Positions 57,966-64,000 of a stretch of DNA of 64,000 bases are shown here, in pieces. Position numbers and translations under genes: made by a program. A model generated the notes under the pieces. That model did not search any database. It was not told where the DNA came from and was given only the letters and a program-made list of their open reading frames with translations. Numbering within the stretch: position 1 is the stretch's first letter; the number at the start of each line of letters is the position of its first letter. The DNA lies in NCBI GenBank assembly GCA_051382295.1, contig JBBCAW010000012.1, forward strand, positions 128,001 through 192,000. Reading direction: 5' to 3'. This DNA is from Bdellovibrionota bacterium FG-1. Lineage in GTDB: Bacteria > Bdellovibrionota > UBA1018.

Positions 57966-58981
57966 TGCGGCTTGGCCCATTTGAGATCGACCATCCGTTT
58001 ATTTTAGCACCCATGGCTGGAATCACTCATTCTCCTTTTCGACGACTGATGCGTCGGCGGGAAAGTGCTCTTGTTGTTTCAGAATTGGTTTCCGCAACTG
58101 GCCTTGAATATTCGAGCAAAAAGACTTTTGATCTTCTCAAGTTTGATGAGGAAGAGCGAGTCGTGGGGCTTCAGATTTTTGGCGAAGACATCGGGCACTT
58201 GGTGAGGGCATGCCAGGCCGTCGAGAAATTGGGTGCGGATTTTATTGACTTCAACCTGGGCTGTCCTGTGCCAAAAGTTGTTAAAAGGGGCGCAGGATCA
58301 GCTATGTGCCGCGATCCGATTGCCCTGGGTAAAACACTGGAAGCTATGGTTAAGAGTTGCAAGCTTCCTGTGACGATCAAGATTCGTTCGGGCTGGGACG
58401 CTGAAAGTCGTAATGCGTTGGACGTCGTCAAGGCGGCGACTGCCGCAGGCATCGCCTGGGTGGCGATTCATGGCCGAACCCGAGCGCAGGGGTACAGTGG
58501 TGAGGCCGATTGGGAGTTTATTGGCGATATTAAGGCTAAAAGCTCAATTCCCATTATTGGAAACGGAGATGCTTCCACTCCTGAGGTTGCTGTTCGTCGA
58601 GCTCGGGATTATGGAGTGGATGCGGTCATGATTGGCAGGGGAGCGCTTCGAAATCCGTTCATTTTTGCACAAGCATCCGCCCTCTGGCGGGGCGAGAGTT
58701 ATCTCCCTCCGGGCGCGGATGATTATGTCAGGGTCGTCGATGAACTCAGGGCGCTTCTGAGCGAGGTTTATTCTCCTCATGGCGCGATGATTCAAGCCCG
58801 TAAATTTCTGGCCTGGTATTCGGCTGGCTTTACGGGCTGTCATGAATTTAGAAGCAGAGTTTTTGCGACGCCCGAGCCCGAAGTCCTTTGGAGTGAGGCA
58901 CGGAAATTTTTTGAAAATGGCGCTCGGCAACGTGATCAACTGTATTTACAGCAGCCCTTTTTGATGGGGGGGCATGGATAA
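57965..58981 (+). CDS. dusB: tRNA-dihydrouridine synthase B
   Basis: LAPMAGIT, NLGCPVPKV, KIRSGW, HGRTR, GNGD, MIGRG. Confidence 0.92.
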   Translation: MRLGPFEIDHPFILAPMAGITHSPFRRLMRRRESALVVSELVSATGLEYSSKKTFDLLKFDEEERVVGLQIFGEDIGHLVRACQAVEKLGADFIDFNLGCPVPKVVKRGAGSAMCRDPIALGKTLEAMVKSCKLPVTIKIRSGWDAESRNALDVVKAATAAGIAWVAIHGRTRAQGYSGEADWEFIGDIKAKSSIPIIGNGDASTPEVAVRRARDYGVDAVMIGRGALRNPFIFAQASALWRGESYLPPGADDYVRVVDELRALLSEVYSPHGAMIQARKFLAWYSAGFTGCHEFRSRVFATPEPEVLWSEARKFFENGARQRDQLYLQQPFLMGGHG

Positions 58982-59030
58982 TTTTGCAATTGCTTCCCTC
59001 ATGCTTCGCGCGCTAAGTTGACAGGTATCT

Positions 59031-59924
59031 ATGAAAAGCGCACTTCAAAAAAAATTCCATGAAACCTGCGTCGAAATTATTCGCAAAACTTCGACGGAAC
59101 TTCCCAATGATATCATTGAAGCCCTTGAGAAAGGGCGAGCACATGAGGCTAGAGAGTCCCGCGCTGATTATGCTCTTGGCATCATCGAAAAAAACATTGG
59201 CTTAGCTAAGGTGAAAAGTCAGCCCCTATGCCAGGATACGGGAACGATTTTATTTTTTGTTCATTATCCGCAAAAAATGGATTTCGAAATCATCGCAAAA
59301 ACCATTCGAAAGGCCGTGATAACGGCAACGAAAAAGGGGTATTTGCGGCAAAACAGTGTGGATAGCTTAACCGGTAAAAATAGTGGTACCAATGTCGGAC
59401 CGGGGGCGCCTACGCTTCATATGGAACCGTGGAAGAAAGATTATTTTGATATTCGGCTTATGCTGAAGGGCGGAGGATGTGAAAACGTGGGGGCGCAGTA
59501 TAGCCTACCGGATACTCGTCTAGGCGCAGGACGCGATCTCGCTGGAGTAAAGAAGTGCATTTTGGATGCGGTTCAACAAGCGCAGGGAAAAGGGTGCGGA
59601 CCTGGTATTCTGGGCGTGACCATTGGCGGTGACCGAGGGGCAGGTTACGTATCGTCTAAAGAGCAATTTTTACGCAAGCTCGGTGATAAAAACCCCATGC
59701 CGATCCTGGCGCAGCTTGAGCAAGAATGCACCGACGGTGCTAATCAGCTCGGTATTGGCCCCATGGGTTTTGGTGGTAAGACGACATTGCTGGGGGTCAA
59801 GGTGAATGCCTTGAATCGGTTGCCGGCTTCGTTTTTCGTGAGTGTGTCTTATATGTGCTGGGCGTTCAGGCGCCAGGGCGCGATGGTCACCTCGAAATGT
59901 GAAATCAAAAAGTGGTTCTATTGA
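59031..59924 (+). CDS. Fe-S hydro-lyase (fumarate/tartrate) alpha subunit
   Basis: PLCQDTG, LRQNSVD, KGGGCEN, GCGPG, LGIGPMGFGG, CWAFRR. Confidence 0.9.
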   Translation: MKSALQKKFHETCVEIIRKTSTELPNDIIEALEKGRAHEARESRADYALGIIEKNIGLAKVKSQPLCQDTGTILFFVHYPQKMDFEIIAKTIRKAVITATKKGYLRQNSVDSLTGKNSGTNVGPGAPTLHMEPWKKDYFDIRLMLKGGGCENVGAQYSLPDTRLGAGRDLAGVKKCILDAVQQAQGKGCGPGILGVTIGGDRGAGYVSSKEQFLRKLGDKNPMPILAQLEQECTDGANQLGIGPMGFGGKTTLLGVKVNALNRLPASFFVSVSYMCWAFRRQGAMVTSKCEIKKWFY

Positions 59925-59936
59925 AGGCAAAATAAC

Positions 59937-60521
59937 ATGATTAAACTTGAAGCACCGTTTACTGAAGAAAAGGTCCGCAATCTCAAGGTCGGCGATATGA
60001 TCGAGATTTCAGGCGTTATTTTTACGGGTCGAGACGCCGTTCATAAATGGCTTCACGATGGAAATGAACCTCCCGTGAGTTTCAAAGATGCGATCATCTA
60101 CCATTGTGGGCCAGTGGTTTTGAAGAAGGGTAAAAAGTGGGTTGTGACTGCGGCGGGGCCGACAACTTCCATTCGAGAAGAACCCTACCAGGCAGGGATT
60201 ATCGAGAAATTCGGTCTTCGTGCGGTGATTGGAAAAGGCGGAATGGGCGAAAAAACTCGTCAAGCCTGCCAAAAGTTCGGTTGTGTTTATCTTCATGCCA
60301 TTGGTGGGGCGGCTCAGGTCCTCGCAGAAGCGATCAAAGAGGTCGAGAACGTTTACGGTTTTGAGCAATTCGGGAGTCCGGAGGCTATTTGGCAGCTTCG
60401 GGTTGAAAATTTCCCGGTTGTTGTGACGATCGATGCTCATGGACAATCGCTCCATCGTGATATTGAAGCGGAGAGTGCAAAGAATTTAGCGGGCCTTTTG
60501 GCACCCAAGGCTTCGGCCTAA
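59937..60521 (+). CDS. Fe-S hydro-lyase (fumarate/tartrate) beta subunit
   Basis: GRDAVH, YHCGP, GPTTSIR, IGKGG, PEAIW, IDAHG. Confidence 0.9.
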   Translation: MIKLEAPFTEEKVRNLKVGDMIEISGVIFTGRDAVHKWLHDGNEPPVSFKDAIIYHCGPVVLKKGKKWVVTAAGPTTSIREEPYQAGIIEKFGLRAVIGKGGMGEKTRQACQKFGCVYLHAIGGAAQVLAEAIKEVENVYGFEQFGSPEAIWQLRVENFPVVVTIDAHGQSLHRDIEAESAKNLAGLLAPKASA

Positions 60522-60536
60522 TGAGACCATGAGATC

Positions 60537-61349
60537 ATGAAGATTGGTGTCTTTGACTCGGGTGTGGGTGGGTTAACGGTACTTTCAGAGCTATGTCGAC
60601 GTTTTCCCGATGCTGAGTACGTTTATTTGGGTGACACCGCGAATGTACCTTACGGAACCAAAAGTACTGCGCAGGTTGAGCGACTTTCTCGAGAGGGAGC
60701 CCGGAATCTCCGCGAACGTGGAGTCCAAGCGCTTGTGGTTGCCTGCAATACGGCATCGAGTCTTGCGCTTCCGGCTATTGTTGAGGAAATGGCAGGGATC
60801 CCTGTTTTTGGAGTCGTTCGGCCTGGGGCTGAGGCCCTACTCAACGCTTTGGCGTCTCAAGGTGCGGAAACGTCCGTTTTAATTCTAGCGACCAGTGGGA
60901 CAGTCAGGAGTCATGCCTACAGCCATATTCTGCGGGAACTTTTGTCGTCCAGGGCTCCTAAAAAAATACTTTTGCCGATCATCGAGCAGGCTTGTCCTCT
61001 TTTGGTTCCGATGATCGAAGAGGGTTGGCTTGATCATCCGGTGCTTCATCAAACCATTCGCGAATATGTTGGTCTTCACCGAGCAGGTCATTCAGAAGGG
61101 ATTGCATTGCTCGGCTGCACTCATTATCCGTGGATTCAGCCAGCCATTGAAAGGGCTCTTCCGGGTTGGAAGGTGATTAACTCAGCCAGTGCCGTAGCGG
61201 ATGCTCTTGAACGTGCAAACATAGTCGATTCGTCAGAGTCCCTCATCCCAGGAGCACAGGGGCGGGCCAGGGTGGAATGCTTATTTACTGATCCACAAGC
61301 GGTGCCCAGTTTTGCGCGGGGTTGGATTGAGGCCTTGGTGGGGGCTTGA
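60537..61349 (+). CDS. murI: Glutamate racemase
   Basis: FDSGVGGLTV, PYG, ACNTAS, LGCTHYP. Confidence 0.96.
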   Translation: MKIGVFDSGVGGLTVLSELCRRFPDAEYVYLGDTANVPYGTKSTAQVERLSREGARNLRERGVQALVVACNTASSLALPAIVEEMAGIPVFGVVRPGAEALLNALASQGAETSVLILATSGTVRSHAYSHILRELLSSRAPKKILLPIIEQACPLLVPMIEEGWLDHPVLHQTIREYVGLHRAGHSEGIALLGCTHYPWIQPAIERALPGWKVINSASAVADALERANIVDSSESLIPGAQGRARVECLFTDPQAVPSFARGWIEALVGA

Positions 61350-61350
61350 G

Positions 61351-61830
61351 CTAAGATTGGATGCGGTTTTCACGGCGTTTCTTGGCTTCATCAAAGCGTT
61401 GCTTCTCGTCTGGCGAGTCCAGTTTAAGGGGTGGGATAGGGGTTGGATGCCCGTCTTCGTCGAGAGCGACAAACGTGGTGTAGGCAGTGGCGGCGTGAAC
61501 GAGCTCGCCCGTGAGTGGGTTTTCAGCATCGACGCGTACGCCTATTTCCATTGAGGTGCGGCCAGCGTAGTTGACCATGGCTTTGATGTGCACATAATGC
61601 CCGAGTTTTACGGGCGCAATAAAATGAAGCGCATCAATTGAAACAGTGACGACGACTCGTCGGGCATGTCTTCCTGCAGTCATGGCCGCCGCAATATCAA
61701 TCCAGCTCATGATCTTTCCGCCAAAAATTGTTCCAATCGCGTTGGTATCAGGCGGAAGTACGATTTCTGTCATAGTGATGGCCGAATCGCGCGGGGATTT
61801 TTTGGGCAGGGGGGGGGAGGTTTGTGACAT
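61351..61830 (-). CDS. Hotdog-fold acyl-CoA thioesterase
   Basis: VLPPDTNAIGTIFGGKIMSWID, GRTSMEIGV, TFVALD. Confidence 0.92.
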   Translation of the reverse strand: MSQTSPPLPKKSPRDSAITMTEIVLPPDTNAIGTIFGGKIMSWIDIAAAMTAGRHARRVVVTVSIDALHFIAPVKLGHYVHIKAMVNYAGRTSMEIGVRVDAENPLTGELVHAATAYTTFVALDEDGHPTPIPPLKLDSPDEKQRFDEAKKRRENRIQS

Positions 61831-62131
61831 ACTTGAGTGTCTCCTGTGTTGATATACCATGGTAAAATCCTTTTGTGTCCTTTATGGGCTGCGCTTTTTT
61901 CGAGCGGCGGCCTAACCGTTTGAAATGAGGAAGATAAGTTCTGCTTCCCTGGGGTGACCATGAAGATAACGCCATGCATCTATATAAGAAAAGCTAAGAA
62001 TTTGATGTTTCTTAGTAAAATGAACTTGCCGTTCAGAAAACGACCTTTCTATACTTGAGCCGGAGGCGATGAAGTTTTGTGTGCTTTAAAACTTCAAAGG
62101 TCCTGCCAGTCGTTCAAATTATGGAGGGGAT

Positions 62132-62395
62132 ATGGAAGTCCTCAATGGTGAAAGTTTAATTCAACAAGTCGTTTCATTAACCGAGTTGCCCGAGATGATG
62201 GTTCATCAAGAGGTCACTGAGTTGCTTCAGTTTTCTGGGCATTCTCCAGAAACCCTTACGTTAGAGCAGCTTAGGGTTGCTATGGTCGCCTACCTCGAGT
62301 CGATTCAGGCGAGTTTTGAGGCAGAGCAAGCGTCAAAAAATCAAGACTGTTTATTTGACGCTTCTGGGATTAAGACGTCGCATTTTGCAAAATAA
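62132..62395 (+). CDS. Small hypothetical protein
   Basis: RBS GGAGG; helical 87-aa ORF ([14 protein letters not shown]). Confidence 0.65.
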   Translation: MEVLNGESLIQQVVSLTELPEMMVHQEVTELLQFSGHSPETLTLEQLRVAMVAYLESIQASFEAEQASKNQDCLFDASGIKTSHFAK

Positions 62396-62483
62396 TCCTA
62401 CATGGCCCAGAGCAACAAAGGCAGGGGCCATGTATACTCATCGAAACCGCGACGCTTATCGCACCCAACCAGGAGGATTTCCG

Positions 62484-63182
62484 ATGTTGATCAGGTCTTC
62501 ATCTTTGCATGTTCCAGCGGATCTTGTTCGTCCTGATTTAGTGGGTTTTTCGGGTATGTTCGAAGCGCAGGGGCAATCGCCCCAAGCGAACTATATCCCT
62601 AACCCCATTGTCGTTGAACAAACGGCGCGCGGTGAACGTCAATACGATATCTATTCACGGTTATTGTTAGATCGTATCGTTTTTCTTGGGACTGAGGTCA
62701 ATGATACGGTTGCAAATCTACTGGTGGCGCAGATGTTCTTTTTGGAGTCATCCGATCCCGACAAAGATATCCATATGTATATTAACTCTCCAGGGGGCTC
62801 TGTTTACGCCGGCCTGGGAATTTACGATGTGATGCAATTTATTAAGTGTGATGTCAGTACTTATTGCATCGGAATGGCGGCTAGTATGGGGGCATTGCTC
62901 TTGACTGCAGGAGCTCATGGCAAGCGTTTCAGCATGCCACATTCCCGAATCATGATTCACCAACCTTTGGGTGGCGCAAAAGGGCAGGCCTCCGATATTG
63001 AAATTCAAGCCAGAGAGATTCTTTACTTGAAGGAACGTTTGAATGCGATCTTGTCGCATCACACGGGTAAAACCATGGATCAGGTTCGAAAGGATACGGA
63101 CCGGGATAATTACCTTTCTGGTAAAGAAGCGGTTGAATATGGCTTGATTGATAAAGTGGTCGAGAAGCGCGTATCGGCTTGA
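62484..63182 (+). CDS. clpP: ATP-dependent Clp protease proteolytic subunit (with N-terminal extension)
   Basis: RBS AGGAGG; DIYSRLL, YINSPGG, AASMG, MIHQP, DTDRD. Confidence 0.97.
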   Translation: MLIRSSSLHVPADLVRPDLVGFSGMFEAQGQSPQANYIPNPIVVEQTARGERQYDIYSRLLLDRIVFLGTEVNDTVANLLVAQMFFLESSDPDKDIHMYINSPGGSVYAGLGIYDVMQFIKCDVSTYCIGMAASMGALLLTAGAHGKRFSMPHSRIMIHQPLGGAKGQASDIEIQAREILYLKERLNAILSHHTGKTMDQVRKDTDRDNYLSGKEAVEYGLIDKVVEKRVSA

Positions 63183-63217
63183 GCAGGTAAGCATTAGGAC
63201 CAAGAGAAGGGAAAACT

Positions 63218-64000
63218 ATGGACGGAAGAAAATACGGCGACGGATTTGGTAATCTCTGCTGTTCGTTTTGTGGAAAAAATCAGCGGGAAGTCAAAAAACT
63301 TATTGCCGGTCCCACAGTCTATATTTGTGATGAATGCATCGAGCTTTGTAATGACATTATCGCAGAAGAGGGTCAAAAAGAATCCCCTGCTCGGGCCGGG
63401 CAAAGTATACCTAAGCCGGCAGAAATAAAGGGAATTTTGGACCAATATGTGATTGGCCAAGAACGTGCCAAACGGGTCCTTTCCGTGGCTGTTTATAATC
63501 ATTACAAACGGGTGCAGCACCAAGGCGAGAAGAAGGGAACAGGCAAGGAAAAGGATGCAATCGAGCTTCAAAAAAGCAATATCATGCTGATTGGTCCGAC
63601 GGGATCCGGCAAAACGCTTCTTGCTCAAACCTTGGCTAAACTTTTGAATGTGCCCTTTGCAATGGCGGACGCGACGACTCTGACCGAAGCGGGTTATGTG
63701 GGCGAAGACGTTGAGAACATCATTTTGAACTTGCTGCAGGCCTGCGATAACAACGTCGAGCGTGCTCAAAAAGGGATTGTCTATATCGACGAAGTTGATA
63801 AAATTTCGAGGAAAAGTGAAAATCCATCGATCACCCGTGATGTCAGTGGCGAAGGCGTTCAACAGGCTCTTCTTAAGATTATTGAAGGCACGATAGCGAA
63901 TGTTCCTCCTAAGGGGGGGCGTAAGCATCCTCAGCAAGAGTTTGTGCAGGTGGATACCTCAAATATCTTGTTTATTTGCGGCGGTGCCTTTGTGGGCCTC
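63218..64000 (+). CDS. clpX: ATP-dependent Clp protease ATPase, 3'-truncated by the window
   Basis: Not in the ORF track. MDGRKYG...CSFCGK...[49 protein letters not shown]. Confidence 0.97.
   Translation, partial: MDGRKYGDGFGNLCCSFCGKNQREVKKLIAGPTVYICDECIELCNDIIAEEGQKESPARAGQSIPKPAEIKGILDQYVIGQERAKRVLSVAVYNHYKRVQHQGEKKGTGKEKDAIELQKSNIMLIGPTGSGKTLLAQTLAKLLNVPFAMADATTLTEAGYVGEDVENIILNLLQACDNNVERAQKGIVYIDEVDKISRKSENPSITRDVSGEGVQQALLKIIEGTIANVPPKGGRKHPQQEFVQVDTSNILFICGGAFVGL

Noticed and set aside
59031..60521. Split fumarase as a broken gene
   Set aside because: Two-subunit alpha/beta Fe-S hydro-lyases are an established architecture, and both ORFs are intact.
61809..61817. G9 tract in the thioesterase 5' region (also G8 in dnaG near 35568) as phase-variation sites
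   Set aside because: In frame, in housekeeping genes, with no other support.
63194..63937. 247-aa minus-strand ORF
   Set aside because: Antisense to clpX.

Overview
Bacterial chromosomal segment of about 50% GC, most consistent with a predatory Bdellovibrionota/Oligoflexia-type organism. This is an inference from the RCC1-repeat and GLUG giant lipoproteins, the mevalonate operon next to lptC-lptB-rpoN-hpf, and the gene order. 1-22 kb is accessory/surface DNA: a truncated RCC1-repeat lipoprotein, two paralogous HNH endonuclease genes (one frameshifted), a LysM/TPR plus beta-barrel cluster, a 2954-aa FN3/Ig/GLUG lipoprotein with a recent 835-bp internal duplication, and an AT-rich toxin-antitoxin-like pair. 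22-38 kb is core: rimK, hpf, rpoN, lptB, lptC(A), the mevalonate operon, yqeY-dnaG-rpoD and a tRNA(CAT). 38-52 kb is mixed: a cytochrome c peroxidase relic, MltB, an S8 protease next to a Tyr/Trp-rich secreted precursor, rnpB, a small decayed cassette and an XRE-PAS-pseudokinase. 52-64 kb is core: speA, pepP, dusB, split fumarase, murI, clpP and partial clpX. Two observations stand out. (1) A dispersed ~120-bp structured element (3 full copies plus 1 fragment) has a conserved core with a compensatory base change. Each copy carries a different ~21-nt internal arm that is the reverse complement of its own 3' flank, and copies border accessory cassettes. (2) A secreted precursor has a twice-repeated SSELDR(T/S)S motif and a 45-aa C-terminal segment that is 58% Tyr/Trp, encoded directly upstream of an intact subtilase. 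All family assignments come from motifs recognised by eye; no database searches were run.
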